Source: an uncultured beta proteobacterium (GTDB lineage: Bacteria > Pseudomonadota > Gammaproteobacteria > Burkholderiales > Burkholderiaceae_F). From it: a stretch of DNA of 64,000 nucleotides. The notes below the pieces were generated by a model. The model was not told the origin of the DNA. It saw only the letters and a program-made list of their open reading frames with translations, and made no database searches. Below, in pieces: positions 20,915 through 32,776 of this stretch. The DNA lies in NCBI GenBank assembly GCA_963769745.1, contig CAVYNB010000041.1, positions 54,603 through 118,602 on the forward strand. The letters are read 5' to 3'. Positions within the stretch are counted from its first letter, which is position 1. Every line of letters starts with the position of its first letter. The position numbers and the translations under genes are program-made.

Positions 20915-21694
20915 ATGACGCCGATCCTCGTTTTCGACATCGAGACCGTTCCCGATATCGCCGGTGCCCGAAGACTGCGCGCGCAGCTTTCCGAGCTGAG
21001 CGATGCCGATGTTGCACAGCGGCTCTTCGATGAGCGGCGGGAGAAGACCGGCAGCGACTTCCTGCCGCTGCATCTGCATCGTGTCGTCGCGATCTCCTGC
21101 GTGTTCCGCGATGACTCCGGTTTTCGTGTCCGTTCGATCGGGCAACCCGACGACGACGAGGGAAAGCTGATCCAGGCCTTCTACGCGACGGTCGATCGCT
21201 ACACCCCGCAGCTCGTCAGCTGGAACGGGGGCGGGTTCGACCTGCCGGTGCTGCACTATCGCGGCCTCATCCATGGAGTGCATGCGGCGCGCTACTGGGA
21301 GCTTGGCGACGACGATCGCGATTTTCGCTACAACAACTACATCGGTCGATACCACACACGCCATATCGACCTGATGGATCTGCTGGCGATGTATCAGCCG
21401 CGCGCCTCGGCACCGCTCGACGATCTTGCGAAGCTGTGCGGCTTCGCCGGCAAGCTGGGCATGGATGGCAGCCGTGTCTGGGAGGCGTACCAGGCCGGAG
21501 GCATCGAGCAGATCCGCGCGTACTGCGAGACCGACGTCGTCAACACCTACCTGCTTTTCGCGCGCTTCCAGCGCATGCGAGGAATACTCGATGACGGCGG
21601 CTACGCCGAAGAAGAAGACCGCGTACACGCCGCGCTCACCGCGCTTGGGCAGCCCCACTGGAAGGAATACCTGGCCGCCTGGGGACGAACCTGA
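20915..21694 (+). CDS. 3'-5' exonuclease, PolB-exonuclease-like (COG3298 family)
   Basis: Exo motifs ILVFDIETVPD, SWNGGGFDLPVL and YCETDVVNTYLL. Confidence 0.8.
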   Translation: MTPILVFDIETVPDIAGARRLRAQLSELSDADVAQRLFDERREKTGSDFLPLHLHRVVAISCVFRDDSGFRVRSIGQPDDDEGKLIQAFYATVDRYTPQLVSWNGGGFDLPVLHYRGLIHGVHAARYWELGDDDRDFRYNNYIGRYHTRHIDLMDLLAMYQPRASAPLDDLAKLCGFAGKLGMDGSRVWEAYQAGGIEQIRAYCETDVVNTYLLFARFQRMRGILDDGGYAEEEDRVHAALTALGQPHWKEYLAAWGRT

Positions 21695-21695
21695 C

Positions 21696-23063
21696 ATGAA
21701 GTCCGGGGAGATCTTCCAGGTCGAGATCGAGTCCCTCGACCAGGAGGGTCGCGGCGTCGGGCATCGCGAAGGCAAGGCCGTATTCGTGGAGGGCGCGCTG
21801 CCGGGCGAGCGCGCCACCTATGAACGACGGCGCAACAAGGCCAGTTACGAGGTCGGCCGGACTGTTGCCATTGAGCGAGTCTCCGCACTGCGTGCCACGC
21901 CCCGGTGTCCCCACTTCGGGCTGGGTGCCGGTTCGTGCGGCGGCTGCTCGATGCAGCACCTCGATGCGCGTGCGCAGGTCGCGATCAAGCAGCGTGTACT
22001 CGAAGACAGCTTGTGGCATATCGGACGGCTGCGTGCGGAGCGCATGCTGCGACCCATCGCGGGACCGACGTGGAACTACCGCTATCGGGCGCGACTGACT
22101 GTTCGTGATGTCGCCAAGAAGGGCGAGGTACTGGTCGGGTTTCACGAGCGCGCCAGCAGTTTTGTTGCCGACATGACCCGCTGCGAGGTTCTTCCCGTGC
22201 GCGTCAGCGATCTGCTGGTGCCACTGCGCCGCCTGGTGGAGTCGCTGTCGCTGCGCGACCGGCTGCCGCAGATCGAACTGGCTGCGGCGGATCGGGCCGA
22301 TGGCCTGCAGGTCGTGCTGGTCCTGCGCGTGCTGCAGGAGCCGACGGCGGACGATCTGTCCCGACTGCGCGAGTTTGCGGATCGGCATGCCGTGGAGTTC
22401 TGGCTGCAGCCTGGCGGACCGCACACGGCGGTGCCGTTATCGATGCAGCAACCGTCGGCATTGCGGCTCGGGTTGCCGGAATTCGGAGTGACGCTGCCGT
22501 TCACTCCAACTGACTTCACCCAGGTTAACCATCGCGTCAATGAAGCCCTGGTGAGCCGTGCCGTCCGCCTGCTGGCGCCGACGCCGCAGGAGAGCGTCGT
22601 GGACTTCTTCTGCGGCCTGGGGAATTTCACGTTGCCACTCGCGACGCGAGCCCGGCATGTGCTGGGCTACGAGGGCAGTTCGAGCCTGGTGGAGCGAGCC
22701 CGCTCTGCGGCCGAGGCGAACGCGCTGGGCGATCGCACATCTTTTGAGGCGCGCAATCTGTTCGAGTGGAGCGCAACCGACTGGGAGGCGGCGGTCGAAC
22801 GCTGCGACGGGATCGACAAAGTCCTGATCGATCCGCCCCGCGAAGGTGCGCTCGCGATCGCGCAGGTGCTGGCGGCGACTGCACGGCCGCCGGCAAGGGT
22901 GGTCTATGTCTCGTGCAATCCCGCGACGCTGGCGCGCGACTGCGCTGTCCTGGTTCATGAGGGAAACTGGATCCTGCGGGCGGCGGGCATCGTCAACATG
23001 TTCCCGCACACCTCCCACGTGGAGTCGATCGCGATGCTGGAACCCGGCCCGGCCCGACTCTGA
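21696..23063 (+). CDS. rlmD: 23S rRNA (uracil1939-C5)-methyltransferase RlmD
   Basis: A TRAM domain (VEIESLDQEGRGVG...), the Fe-S cluster cysteines CPHFGLGAGSCGGCSMQH, and a SAM-methyltransferase core with the C-terminal YVSCNPATLARD. Confidence 0.88.
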   Translation: MKSGEIFQVEIESLDQEGRGVGHREGKAVFVEGALPGERATYERRRNKASYEVGRTVAIERVSALRATPRCPHFGLGAGSCGGCSMQHLDARAQVAIKQRVLEDSLWHIGRLRAERMLRPIAGPTWNYRYRARLTVRDVAKKGEVLVGFHERASSFVADMTRCEVLPVRVSDLLVPLRRLVESLSLRDRLPQIELAAADRADGLQVVLVLRVLQEPTADDLSRLREFADRHAVEFWLQPGGPHTAVPLSMQQPSALRLGLPEFGVTLPFTPTDFTQVNHRVNEALVSRAVRLLAPTPQESVVDFFCGLGNFTLPLATRARHVLGYEGSSSLVERARSAAEANALGDRTSFEARNLFEWSATDWEAAVERCDGIDKVLIDPPREGALAIAQVLAATARPPARVVYVSCNPATLARDCAVLVHEGNWILRAAGIVNMFPHTSHVESIAMLEPGPARL

Positions 23064-23260
23064 AACGCCGGGGCGCCGGCAGCGTCGCTGGCGATCCATC
23101 GCATGTTAAAATTTTTGGCTAACTTCGATGTTGCAAGTGTTTCATTTATCGAGGTTTTCGGTTTGGCTTCCCGTAGTCTTCCCGCGGCATCTCGCCGTGG
23201 TTCACGGCGGCCGGACTGGTCCGATCAAGAAAACGTTTAAGAAAACTAAAGGCTGAAGTC

Positions 23261-23686
23261 ATGGCGGTGGAACGCACTCTGTCGATCATCAAACCCGATG
23301 CTGTCGCGAAGAATGTGATCGGGAAAATCTACTCGCGGTTCGAGACGAACGGGCTCAAGGTCGTCGCGGCCCGCATGGCGCGGCTGTCCCGCAGTGAAGC
23401 CGAAGGCTTCTATGCGGTCCATCGCGAGCGACCGTTCTTCAAGGACCTGGTCGACTTCATGGTGTCCGGACCGGTCATGATCCAGGTGCTCGAGGGCGAA
23501 AGCGCCATCGCAAAGAACCGGGAACTGATGGGGGCGACGGACCCGAAGAAGGCCGCCGCGGGCACGATCCGTGCGGACTTCGCAGAGAGCATCGATGCCA
23601 ACGCGGTGCACGGTTCCGACGGCGAGGACACGGCGCGTATCGAGATCGGGTACTTCTTCCCGCAAATGGCGGTGTATTCGCGCTGA
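23261..23686 (+). CDS. ndk: nucleoside-diphosphate kinase
   Basis: [12 protein letters not shown]...NAVHGSD... Confidence 0.95.
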   Translation: MAVERTLSIIKPDAVAKNVIGKIYSRFETNGLKVVAARMARLSRSEAEGFYAVHRERPFFKDLVDFMVSGPVMIQVLEGESAIAKNRELMGATDPKKAAAGTIRADFAESIDANAVHGSDGEDTARIEIGYFFPQMAVYSR

Positions 23687-23697
23687 ACGAACCCTTG

Positions 23698-24813
23698 ATG
23701 GAACGCGTCAATCTTCTCGGCCTCGATGTTGCGGCGCTGACGGAATACACCGAAGCGCTCGGTGAAAAGCCGTTCCGCGCGCGCCAGCTCGCGCGCTGGA
23801 TCCATCGACGCGGTGCCGGGAGCTTCGACGCGATGTCGGACCTGGCCAAGTCACTCCGGGCAAAGCTTGCGGAACACGCGGCGATCGCGGCGCCGGCCGT
23901 GGTGCGCGACTCCACCTCGTCCGACGGCACACGCAAGTGGCTGCTCGACGTCGGTGCCGGCAATGCCATCGAGACCGTCTTCATTCCGGAGGACGACCGC
24001 GGCACGTTGTGCGTTTCATCGCAGGCGGGCTGTGCAGTCAACTGTGTCTTCTGCTCGACCGGGCGCCAGGGCTTCAGTCGCAACCTGACGACGGCCGAGA
24101 TCGTCGGCCAGCTGTGGTGGGCCGAGCACGCGCTGAGGCGCTCACTGGAGCTGGACACCGAAGGCGAGCGCGTCATCAGCAACGTGGTCATGATGGGCAT
24201 GGGCGAGCCCCTGCAGAACTACGAAGCCCTCCTGCCGGCGTTGCGCCTCATGCTCGACGACAACGCCTACGGCCTGTCGCGACGGCGCGTGACCGTATCG
24301 ACGTCGGGGATGGTGCCGCAGATCGATCGCCTCGGTGCCGATTGCCCGGTCGCGCTGGCAGTGTCGCTGCATGCGCCGAATGACGCGCTGCGCGACGAAC
24401 TGGTGCCGCTCAACCGCAAGTACCCCCTGCGCGAGCTGATGGCCGCCTGCCGGCGTTACCTGCGCGTCGCGCCGCGCGACTTCATCACCTTCGAGTACGT
24501 GATGCTCGATGGCGTAAACGACGCCGATGAACAGGCCGACGAACTGGTCGCGCTGGTCCGGGATGTTCCGTGCAAGTTCAACCTGATCCCGTTCAATACC
24601 TTCCCGGACGCCGGACTCGAGCGGTCCCCGGTCGAGCGTGTGCGCTCCTTCGCGCAGCGACTGGCCGATGCGGGCATCGTCACGACGGTGCGACGCACCC
24701 GCGGTGACGATATCGATGCGGCCTGTGGCCAACTGGCGGGTGAGGTGCAGGACCGCACCCGACGCGTGGCGCGTGAACGTGCAATACCCATCGCTGTCGC
24801 CGATGGCCGATAA
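23698..24813 (+). CDS. rlmN: 23S rRNA/tRNA (adenine-C2)-methyltransferase RlmN (radical SAM)
   Basis: [18 protein letters not shown] (CxxxCxxC) and a C-terminal DIDAACGQL. Confidence 0.92.
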   Translation: MERVNLLGLDVAALTEYTEALGEKPFRARQLARWIHRRGAGSFDAMSDLAKSLRAKLAEHAAIAAPAVVRDSTSSDGTRKWLLDVGAGNAIETVFIPEDDRGTLCVSSQAGCAVNCVFCSTGRQGFSRNLTTAEIVGQLWWAEHALRRSLELDTEGERVISNVVMMGMGEPLQNYEALLPALRLMLDDNAYGLSRRRVTVSTSGMVPQIDRLGADCPVALAVSLHAPNDALRDELVPLNRKYPLRELMAACRRYLRVAPRDFITFEYVMLDGVNDADEQADELVALVRDVPCKFNLIPFNTFPDAGLERSPVERVRSFAQRLADAGIVTTVRRTRGDDIDAACGQLAGEVQDRTRRVARERAIPIAVADGR

Positions 24814-24835
24814 CGGTATCCCCGGGAGGCTAGGC

Positions 24836-25651
24836 ATGCGAGGCGGACTGAAAACGCGGCTGCTCGTTGTGGTCTGTGCCGCCTTCATGGCGGCATGCAC
24901 GACCACCACCGTCACGACATCCAGTGGCGAAGTGGTGTCGACGACGCAGTCGGGTGGCGCGGGTGCATCGCCCGCAGTCACGAAGGGCCGGGCACGCGCG
25001 CGGGTGGAACTGGCGGCCGGCTATTTCCGCAACGGACAACTGGCCGTGGCGCTCGAGGAAGCCAAGCGCGCTGTCCAGATTGATCCGACCTTCGCGGATG
25101 CCTATGGACTGCTGGGCCTCATTTACATGGAACTCGAAGATCGACGCGCCGCCGAGGAGAATTTTCAACGCGCACTGCAACTCGATCCGTCGAATTCGGA
25201 CCTGAACAACAACTACGGGTGGTATCTGTGCCAGACCGGTCGCGAACGCGAATCGATCGCTTACTTCCAGCGTTCGCTGCGAGATCCTCTCTACGCCACT
25301 CCCGCGCGCGCAAATTTCAATGCCGGGCACTGCCTGCTTCGAGTCAAGGACTATTCCGGCGCCGAGCCCTACCTGCGCAGATCGTTAGAACTCGATGCCA
25401 CCAGCGTCACCACCAAATACGAACTCGCACGCCTGTACCTGGCGACCGGGCAGACGGATCGCGCTTCGTTCTACTACGGGCTGCTGGTGAAATCCGCCGA
25501 AGCCTCGCCCGAGACGGTCTGGCTTGGATTGAAGGTCGCGCGCGCACAGGGTGACTTGCGCACGGAAACGCGACTGGCGAGCGAACTGCGCACCCGGTTC
25601 CCCAGTTCCAAGGAGGCCGGCATGCTTGCGCGCGGGGCATTCGATGAGTGA
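24836..25651 (+). CDS. pilW: type IV pilus biogenesis/stability lipoprotein PilW (PilF), TPR repeats
   Basis: The RBS GGGAGG precedes the ATG at 24836. Lipobox AAFMAAC and TPR repeats, in the conserved rlmN-pilW-rodZ-ispG context. Confidence 0.8.
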   Translation: MRGGLKTRLLVVVCAAFMAACTTTTVTTSSGEVVSTTQSGGAGASPAVTKGRARARVELAAGYFRNGQLAVALEEAKRAVQIDPTFADAYGLLGLIYMELEDRRAAEENFQRALQLDPSNSDLNNNYGWYLCQTGRERESIAYFQRSLRDPLYATPARANFNAGHCLLRVKDYSGAEPYLRRSLELDATSVTTKYELARLYLATGQTDRASFYYGLLVKSAEASPETVWLGLKVARAQGDLRTETRLASELRTRFPSSKEAGMLARGAFDE

Positions 25652-26519
25652 CGATGCCGACACGGCGGCTTCCAGTGTGGACGCACAGGCATCCACGGCA
25701 GCCGAGGCGCCGCTGCCGCCCACGTCCTTCGGTGCACGCCTGCAGTGGGAACGCGAGCAGGCCGGACTGACCGTCACTGACGTCGCGGCGCGACTGCGCC
25801 TGCATCCGAACCAGATCCGGGCCATCGAGCAGGAGTCACTCGGCGCGCTGCCCGAGCCTGCTTATGTGCGCGGTTTCGTGCGCAGCTACGCCCGCATCGT
25901 CAATGCAGATCCGGTGCCGCTGCTGGACGATCTGTCCACGAAGATTGTTCCGGCCGAACGTTCGGTCGTCGACGGGATGGCCCAGCCGCGGGACTACTCA
26001 CCGGTTCGGGCCGCTGCGCGGGAACAGGCCTCGCGCCGTTTCGTCGTGCTGGGGGCAGTGCTGGTGCTGATCGCGCTGGGCGCTCTGGGCTGGTACGCGA
26101 ACCGACAGCAGGCGGAAACGCGTGCAACCGTGGCGCCGACGACGCCGGCCGCGGTGCCCCCGGTCGCGACGACCCCACCGGCTGTAGTTCCTGCGGTCGC
26201 GCCTGCGTCGGTGGCGGATGCAGCGCCCGCCGCGGCGGGGTCGGCCAGCGATAGCGCGGCCGTCATGGAGCCGGTTGCGCCACCGCCGTTGCTGAAGCTC
26301 CGCTTCACCGGACCCTCGTGGGCCGAGGTCAAGGACGCCGAGGGCAAGGTGCTGCACTCACAACACAACTCGCCCGGCGCCGAATACGTCATCGAAGGCA
26401 CGCCGCCGTTCTACGTCGTCATCGGTGATGCCACCAAGACGACGGTCGAAGTGCGTGGCGAAATCTTCGACATGGCGCCTCACACGAAGCAGTACGTGGC
26501 GCGCTTCACGATCAACTGA
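25644..26519 (+). CDS. rodZ: RodZ-like cytoskeleton protein (HTH plus DUF4115)
   Basis: An HTH ([21 protein letters not shown]), a TM segment, and a C-terminal DUF4115-like domain ([21 protein letters not shown]...). The ATG overlaps the pilW stop. Confidence 0.8.
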   Translation: MSDDADTAASSVDAQASTAAEAPLPPTSFGARLQWEREQAGLTVTDVAARLRLHPNQIRAIEQESLGALPEPAYVRGFVRSYARIVNADPVPLLDDLSTKIVPAERSVVDGMAQPRDYSPVRAAAREQASRRFVVLGAVLVLIALGALGWYANRQQAETRATVAPTTPAAVPPVATTPPAVVPAVAPASVADAAPAAAGSASDSAAVMEPVAPPPLLKLRFTGPSWAEVKDAEGKVLHSQHNSPGAEYVIEGTPPFYVVIGDATKTTVEVRGEIFDMAPHTKQYVARFTIN

Positions 26520-26526
26520 GATCGGG

Positions 26527-27813
26527 ATGAACCAGCCGATCGAACCCCTCGACTGTCTGCCGGCGGCGGCTCGCCCGGCCCGTCGGCGGCCGACTCGGCA
26601 GGTCGAACTGCGCTGGGGTGCGCGTGTCGTGAAAATCGGGGCGGACGCTCCGGTGCTTGTGCAGTCGATGACCAACACCGACACGGCAGACGCAATTGCG
26701 ACCGCCGTTCAGGTCAAGGAACTGGCTCAGGCCGGTTCCGAGGCCGTGCGCATCACGGTGAATTCTCCCGAGGCCGCGGCCGAAGTGGCTGCGGTCCGCG
26801 AGCAGCTCGATCGCATGGGCATCGATGTGCCGTTGATCGGCGACTTCCATTACAACGGGCACAAGCTGCTCACGCAGCATCCCGGCTGTGCGCAGGCACT
26901 GTCGAAGTACCGCATCAACCCGGGCAACGTCGGCAAGGGCGTGCGGCGCGAGGACAACTTTGCACAGATGATCGAAGTGGCCTGCCGCAACGGCAAGCCG
27001 GTGCGCATCGGTGTCAACTGGGGCTCGCTCGACCAGGAACTGCTGGCCCGCATGATGGACGAAAACGCCGCGCGCGCCGCGCCGTGGGATGCCGGCGCAG
27101 TCCTGCGCGAGGCGCTGGTGCGTTCGGCGATCGAGAATGCCGAGCGCGCCGAGGAGCTCGGACTGCCGGGCGATCGCATCTGCCTGTCGGCCAAGGTCAG
27201 CGGCGTGCAGGACCTGATTGCCGTGTATCGCACGCTGTCGCAGCGCTGCGACTACCCGCTTCATCTCGGCCTGACCGAAGCCGGCATGGGCAGCAAGGGC
27301 ATCGTGGCGTCGACCGCTGCACTTGCGGTGCTGTTGCAGGAGGGCATCGGCGACACGATACGGGTGTCGCTGACGCCGGCGCCGGGCGAGGCGCGCACGC
27401 GCGAAGTCCAGGTCGCGCAGGAAATCCTCCAGACCCTGGGCCTGCGCGCCTTCACGCCGCTGGTCGTGGCCTGCCCCGGCTGCGGACGTACGACCAGCAC
27501 GTTCTTCCAGGAACTGGCTGACTCGATCCAGACCTGGCTGCGCGGCCAGATGCCGATCTGGCGCCGCGATCACCCGGGCGTGGAGTCGATGAGCGTCGCT
27601 GTCATGGGCTGCGTGGTCAACGGGCCCGGGGAAAGCAAGCATGCCAATATCGGCATCAGCCTGCCCGGCTCCGGGGAAGCGCCGGTGGCACCGGTGTTCG
27701 TCGACGGAGTTCGCACCGTGACGCTGAAGGGCGATCACATCGCCGAGGAATTCCAGGCGATTGTCGATGACTACGTGCGCCGGAAGTACGTGCGCGCGAC
27801 GACTCCGGCCTGA
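26527..27813 (+). CDS. ispG: 4-hydroxy-3-methylbut-2-en-1-yl diphosphate synthase (flavodoxin)
   Basis: [14 protein letters not shown]..., RINPGN..., CPGCGRT...GCVVNGPGE. Confidence 0.95.
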   Translation: MNQPIEPLDCLPAAARPARRRPTRQVELRWGARVVKIGADAPVLVQSMTNTDTADAIATAVQVKELAQAGSEAVRITVNSPEAAAEVAAVREQLDRMGIDVPLIGDFHYNGHKLLTQHPGCAQALSKYRINPGNVGKGVRREDNFAQMIEVACRNGKPVRIGVNWGSLDQELLARMMDENAARAAPWDAGAVLREALVRSAIENAERAEELGLPGDRICLSAKVSGVQDLIAVYRTLSQRCDYPLHLGLTEAGMGSKGIVASTAALAVLLQEGIGDTIRVSLTPAPGEARTREVQVAQEILQTLGLRAFTPLVVACPGCGRTTSTFFQELADSIQTWLRGQMPIWRRDHPGVESMSVAVMGCVVNGPGESKHANIGISLPGSGEAPVAPVFVDGVRTVTLKGDHIAEEFQAIVDDYVRRKYVRATTPA

Positions 27814-27819
27814 CCGACG

Positions 27820-29157
27820 ATGGCCACTCGCAAACTTGCCGGTGTGCGCGGCATGAACGACCTGTTGCCGGCCGACTCCGCACTGTGGGAGTGGTTCGAG
27901 GCGCGTGTTGCCGACTGGCTCAAGAGCTACGGCTATCAGCAGATCCGCACGCCGATCGTCGAACATACGGAGCTCTTCGTGCGCGGCATCGGCGAGGTCA
28001 CCGACATCGTCGAGAAGGAGATGTACTCCTTCGAGGACAAACTCAACGGCGAGAAACTGACGCTCAGGCCCGAATTCACCGCCGGCGTGATCCGCGCGGT
28101 GGTCGAGCACAACCTCACCTACGACGCCCCCAAGCGTGTCTGGTCGATGGGACCCGTGTTCCGGCACGAGCGTCCACAGCGCGGACGCTACCGGCAGTTC
28201 TACCAGGTCAACGTGGAGGCGGTCGGCTTCGCGGGTCCGGATATCGATGCCGAGCTGATCGTCATGCTGGCGCGTCTCTGGAAGATCCTCGGGATCGACC
28301 GCATTGGCCGCGTGCGGCTCGAGATCAACTGCCTCGGGCAGGCCGATGAGCGGGCGCGGCACCGCGCCGACCTGATCGCGCATCTGTCTCGACACGAGTC
28401 CCGGCTTGACGCCGAAGCCCGGCGCCGACTGCACACGAACCCGCTGCGCATCCTGGACAGCAAGAATCCGGACCTGGCGGAGGTCATTGCCCTCGCGCCT
28501 CGCATCACCGACTACCTCGGTGACGAATCGCGTGCCCACTTCGAGGGCCTGCAGTCGCTGCTGCGGGCGGCCGGCATCGAGTTCACCGTCAACCCGCGCA
28601 TGGTGCGCGGACTCGACTACTACAACCTCACGGTGTTCGAGTGGATCACCGACGCACTCGGGGCGCAGGGGACGCTGTGCGGCGGGGGCCGTTACGACCC
28701 GCTGATCGAACGCCTGGGTGGCAAACCGACGCCGGGCATCGGTTTCGGCATGGGCATCGAGCGCGTCATCGAACTTCTGCGCGAGAGCGCGTCGGTCGAT
28801 GTGAACGCGGCCACCGATGCCTATGTCCTGCATCAGGGCGGGGTGACGCAGCAGCCGGCCTTCCTGCTCGCCGAGCGACTGCGGGACGCCGGCATCGACG
28901 TGATCCTGCATGCGGGCGATGCCAGCCTGAAATCGCAGATGAAGAAGGCCGATGCGAGTGGCGCCGAATATGCCGTGATCGTCGGCGAGGCCGAGGCAGT
29001 GGCCGGTGCGGCGGCGGTGAAAGCGCTGCGCGCTGCCAATCCGTCCGTGCCATTTTCCGAGCAGCGTATCGTGCCGCTCGACCAGATTCCCGAGGCGCTG
29101 GTGGACGCGCTGACACGCAACGACGACGAACAGGAAGACGATGGCGTACGACCTTGA
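27820..29157 (+). CDS. hisS: histidine--tRNA ligase
   Basis: [10 protein letters not shown]..., RPEFTAGV..., [22 protein letters not shown]. Confidence 0.95.
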   Translation: MATRKLAGVRGMNDLLPADSALWEWFEARVADWLKSYGYQQIRTPIVEHTELFVRGIGEVTDIVEKEMYSFEDKLNGEKLTLRPEFTAGVIRAVVEHNLTYDAPKRVWSMGPVFRHERPQRGRYRQFYQVNVEAVGFAGPDIDAELIVMLARLWKILGIDRIGRVRLEINCLGQADERARHRADLIAHLSRHESRLDAEARRRLHTNPLRILDSKNPDLAEVIALAPRITDYLGDESRAHFEGLQSLLRAAGIEFTVNPRMVRGLDYYNLTVFEWITDALGAQGTLCGGGRYDPLIERLGGKPTPGIGFGMGIERVIELLRESASVDVNAATDAYVLHQGGVTQQPAFLLAERLRDAGIDVILHAGDASLKSQMKKADASGAEYAVIVGEAEAVAGAAAVKALRAANPSVPFSEQRIVPLDQIPEALVDALTRNDDEQEDDGVRP

Positions 29158-29779
29158 AGAACAAGAGCAACTGGCCGAGCTGAAGGCCTGGTGGCAGAAG
29201 TACGGCAACCTGGTGTTGACCGCGGTGACTGCCGTGCTGCTGGCGTTCGCTGCCTACAACGGCTGGCGCTGGTACGAGCGCGAACAGGCCAGGTCGGCGG
29301 CGGGCATCTATGGCCAGCTGGAGCAGGCCGTACAGGCGCGCGACGCCGCCAAGGTGCAGACACTGGCAAGTTCGATCGTGGAGCACTACGGACGCTCCAT
29401 CTACGCCGTGCTGGGAGCGCTGCAGGCGGCGAAGCTGAATGCGGAGAGCGGTGATCTGCCGAAGGCGGTCGAACAGCTGCGCTGGGTCATCGACAAGTCG
29501 GGACACGACGAGCTGACCATGATTGCGCGCGTCCGCCTGGCCGGTGTCCTGCTCGACGAGAAGAAATACGACCAGGCATTGCAGGCGCTGAACTTCGATG
29601 CTCCCGCGACCTATCTGCCGACGGTGCTGGACCGGCGCGGTGACGTGCTGGCAGCACAGAACAAGAACGAAGAGGCGCGTGCCGCCTACGCGGAAGCGCT
29701 CGCCAAGGCGGATGCCCAGCATCCGCTGCGGGCCATCATCCAGCTCAAGCTCGACGCGCTGCCGCCGGCGACATCATGA
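29141..29779 (+). CDS. yfgM: YfgM-family membrane-anchored TPR-like protein
   Basis: [18 protein letters not shown] followed by a TM segment, in the conserved hisS-yfgM-bamB-der order. It overlaps the hisS 3' end by 17 nt. Confidence 0.8.
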   Translation: MAYDLEEQEQLAELKAWWQKYGNLVLTAVTAVLLAFAAYNGWRWYEREQARSAAGIYGQLEQAVQARDAAKVQTLASSIVEHYGRSIYAVLGALQAAKLNAESGDLPKAVEQLRWVIDKSGHDELTMIARVRLAGVLLDEKKYDQALQALNFDAPATYLPTVLDRRGDVLAAQNKNEEARAAYAEALAKADAQHPLRAIIQLKLDALPPATS

Positions 29780-30972
29780 CCGTCGTGGAGCGCCGTTTGC
29801 AGCAGCACCTTGCCGCCGGCGCCGGTCGTGCGCTGTCGGTATCGCTCGTTTGCCTGGTGCTGGCCGGTTGTTCCTCCATGCCGTCCTGGATGCCGTCGTG
29901 GCTGGGGGGCTCGCCGAGCAGGTCGGCGGAGCCCGCGCCGCTGGTCGAGTTCTCGCCTTCGCTGACGCCCCAGGTGGCCTGGCGCACCAATGTCGGATCG
30001 TCGCGCAACGCGGTCCTGCAGCCGGCGGTGCTCGAAAACGCCATCTACGCAGCGAGCGCGAGCGGGTCGGTGGTGCGGATCGGCCCGAACGGTGAAACAG
30101 TGTGGCGCACGGAGACGAACGTCGCGATCTCCGGCGGCGTCGGCAGTGACGGATTCGTGGTCGCGGTCGGCAGTGCGCGCGGCGAAGTCATTACCCTCGG
30201 CGCAGACGGCAAGGAACTCTGGCGCGCCCAGGTGAGCGGAGTCGTGCAGTCGCCGCCGTTGGTGGGTCGGGGACTGGTCATCGTGCGCGCTTCCGATCAC
30301 CGGATTTCGGCGTTTGATTCCACCAGCGGCAAGCGCCGCTGGAACTATCAGCGCACGACGCCGGCACTGACGCTGCAGTCGCCCACTGAGATGGCCTTTG
30401 CCGGTGAGCTGGTCGCTGCGGGTTTTCCCAGCGGGCGGCTGGTGATGCTGGCTGCGGCAAACGGCACCGTGCGCTGGGACGTCCCGGTCGCGGAGCCGCG
30501 CGGTTCGTCCGAAGTCGAGCGCCTGACCGATGTCATCGGCGCGCCGCTGGCGATCGGCGGCGACGTTTGCGCGGCGGCCTATCAGGGCCGGGTGGCGTGC
30601 TTCGAGGCGAGCAATGGCAACCTGCGCTGGGCGCGCGACCTCTCGGCCGGGTCCGGGGTCGGTGGCGACGCCCGTCGAATCTACGCGGTCGACGCCAAGT
30701 CGAACGTGGTCGCGTTCTCGTCTGCGACCGGTGCGAATGCCTGGCGGCAGGAAAAGCTGCTCAACCGGGACCTGACCACGCCACTGGCGCTGCGGCGCGC
30801 AGTGGTCGTCGGCGACTTTGCCGGGTATGTCCACTTTCTTTCGCCGGACGATGGAGCCTTCCTTGCGCGAGTTGCCCTGGGCAGTGAGATCAACGCGGCG
30901 CCGCGTGCGTTCGGCGGCGGGGCGATCGTGCAGACCCAGGACGGTACCGTTGCACTGCTGACCGTCGAGTGA
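29776..30972 (+). CDS. bamB: outer membrane protein assembly factor BamB
   Basis: Lipobox LVLAGCSS and PQQ-like beta-propeller repeats. ATGA overlap with yfgM. Confidence 0.88.
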   Translation: MTVVERRLQQHLAAGAGRALSVSLVCLVLAGCSSMPSWMPSWLGGSPSRSAEPAPLVEFSPSLTPQVAWRTNVGSSRNAVLQPAVLENAIYAASASGSVVRIGPNGETVWRTETNVAISGGVGSDGFVVAVGSARGEVITLGADGKELWRAQVSGVVQSPPLVGRGLVIVRASDHRISAFDSTSGKRRWNYQRTTPALTLQSPTEMAFAGELVAAGFPSGRLVMLAAANGTVRWDVPVAEPRGSSEVERLTDVIGAPLAIGGDVCAAAYQGRVACFEASNGNLRWARDLSAGSGVGGDARRIYAVDAKSNVVAFSSATGANAWRQEKLLNRDLTTPLALRRAVVVGDFAGYVHFLSPDDGAFLARVALGSEINAAPRAFGGGAIVQTQDGTVALLTVE

Positions 30973-31017
30973 CGCGGCCCGGCAGCGTGATCCGACCGAA
31001 CCCTTGAACCGCGTCCG

Positions 31018-32355
31018 ATGAAACCGGTCATCGCGCTCGTCGGCCGACCTAACGTCGGCAAGTCGACGTTGTTCAATCGCCTGACGCGCTCGCGCGCGGC
31101 TTTGGTCGCCGATTTCCCGGGGCTGACGCGGGATCGTCACTATGGCGACGGCCGCGTCGGGCCGCGCGACTACATCGTCATCGACACCGGCGGGTTCGAG
31201 CCGCTGAATGCCGAGGGCATTGCCCGGGAAATGGCAGCGCAGGCCGAGCAGGCGATCGCCGAAAGCGATGCGATCGTCTTCGTGCTCGATGCGCGCGAGG
31301 GCGTGACGGCCCAGGATCGTCGCATCGGTGAGCGCCTGCGCGTGACCGGGCGACCGGTGGTCCTCGCCGTGAACAAGGCCGAGGGCCTTGCGTCCGAGGC
31401 GACCGCGGAGTTTCACGAACTCGGACTCGGTGAACCGCACGCGGTCTCGGCTGCGCACGGTGAAGGGGTGCGCGACCTGATGGACCTCGCGCTTGGTCCC
31501 TTTGTCGTGGCGGAGGCAGAGACAGTCGACGACGCGGCGACTGCGGCGGGACAACGACGCATCCGCGTCGCGGTGGTCGGGCGCCCGAATGTCGGCAAGT
31601 CCACGATGATCAATGCCCTGCTCGGCGAGGAACGGTTGATCGCCTTCGATCAGCCGGGCACGACGCGCGATGCCATCGAGGTCGAGTTCGAGTTCGACGG
31701 CCGGCCGTACACGCTGATCGACACGGCGGGACTGCGCCGCCGCGGCAAGGTCTTCGAGGCCGTGGAGAAGTTCTCGGTGGTCAAGACGCTGCAGGCGATC
31801 GCCGACTCCAACGTCGTGATCCTCCTGCTCGATGCGTCGGCCGAGATCTCGGACCAGGATGCTCACATCGCCGGCTACGTGCTTGAGAGCGGCCGCGCAC
31901 TGGTCATCGCCATCAACAAGTGGGACGGGCTCGACGAGTACCAGCGTGACCGCATCAAGCGTGAGATCGAACGCAAGCTGCACTTCCTGCGCTGGGCCAA
32001 GGTTCACACGATCTCGGCACTCAAGCGCACCGGACTGTCGGCGGTCATGCGCTCGGTGACCGAAGCACACGCGGCGGCGTTTGCAAAGCTGCCGACGCCC
32101 AAGCTGACGCGCGCGCTGATGGCGGCAGTTACGCGCCAGATGCCGCCGCGCGCGGGCTCGCTGCGACCCAAGATGCGCTACGCGCACCAGGGTGGCATGA
32201 ATCCGCCGGTCATCGTGATCCACGGCAACTCGCTGAACCATGTCCCAGACAGCTACCGGCGCTACCTGGAGGGCCATTTCCGAGCCGAGTTCGAACTGGC
32301 CGGCACGCCGCTGCGAGTCGAATTCAGGACCGGGCGCAACCCCTATGTCAGCTGA
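31018..32355 (+). CDS. der: ribosome-associated GTPase Der (EngA), tandem GTPase domains
   Basis: Two G1 motifs (GRPNVGKST twice) and a KH-like C-terminus. Confidence 0.95.
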   Translation: MKPVIALVGRPNVGKSTLFNRLTRSRAALVADFPGLTRDRHYGDGRVGPRDYIVIDTGGFEPLNAEGIAREMAAQAEQAIAESDAIVFVLDAREGVTAQDRRIGERLRVTGRPVVLAVNKAEGLASEATAEFHELGLGEPHAVSAAHGEGVRDLMDLALGPFVVAEAETVDDAATAAGQRRIRVAVVGRPNVGKSTMINALLGEERLIAFDQPGTTRDAIEVEFEFDGRPYTLIDTAGLRRRGKVFEAVEKFSVVKTLQAIADSNVVILLLDASAEISDQDAHIAGYVLESGRALVIAINKWDGLDEYQRDRIKREIERKLHFLRWAKVHTISALKRTGLSAVMRSVTEAHAAAFAKLPTPKLTRALMAAVTRQMPPRAGSLRPKMRYAHQGGMNPPVIVIHGNSLNHVPDSYRRYLEGHFRAEFELAGTPLRVEFRTGRNPYVS

Positions 32356-32495
32356 GGGCGTTGGTGGCCAAGGCCCTGCTTTTCCTATACATTGAACCGC
32401 GTGGTTCCGTCCCCATTTGCCAATCTGTGACGGTCGGTTCACTTCCTCCGTGAACTGAATACAACAAGCGGCGTCAAAGCGCTGGAGCCAACAAA

Positions 32496-32729
32496 ATGAG
32501 CAACAAAGGGCAGTTACTACAAGACCCGTTTCTTAACGCGCTGCGCAAGGAACACATCCCGGTCTCGATTTACCTTGTCAATGGCATCAAGCTGCAGGGC
32601 CAGATCGAGTCGTTCGATCAGTACGTCGTGCTGCTTCGAAACACCGTGACCCAGATGGTCTACAAGCATGCGATATCCACGGTCGTGCCGGCGCGTCCCG
32701 TCAACCTCACTGCGGAGTCCGACTCCTGA
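32496..32729 (+). CDS. hfq: RNA chaperone Hfq
   Basis: [47 protein letters not shown]. Confidence 0.97.
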   Translation: MSNKGQLLQDPFLNALRKEHIPVSIYLVNGIKLQGQIESFDQYVVLLRNTVTQMVYKHAISTVVPARPVNLTAESDS

Positions 32730-32776
32730 CCGTCTTCCAGGTTGAGAGCGAGCGCGCCGGACGGTCGGAGCGCGCA

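Noticed and set aside
26512-29208. 898-aa ORF on the minus strand, antisense to ispG and hisS.
   Set aside because: This is a shadow ORF typical of high-GC DNA. Its translation is Arg/Ala/Gly/His-rich with no recognisable domain, while the plus strand encodes full-length, unmistakable IspG and HisRS.
29686-32442. 918-aa minus-strand ORF antisense to bamB and der. Similar long antisense ORFs lie at 52914-55628 (904 aa), 13056-14696 (546 aa), 61208-62794 (528 aa), 41899-43383, 40670-42124, 20366-21817, 36266-37468 and 37819-38991.
   Set aside because: All are antisense to strongly recognisable housekeeping genes, have low-complexity Arg/Ala/Gly/Pro-rich composition, and show no family motifs. 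They are high-GC artefacts.
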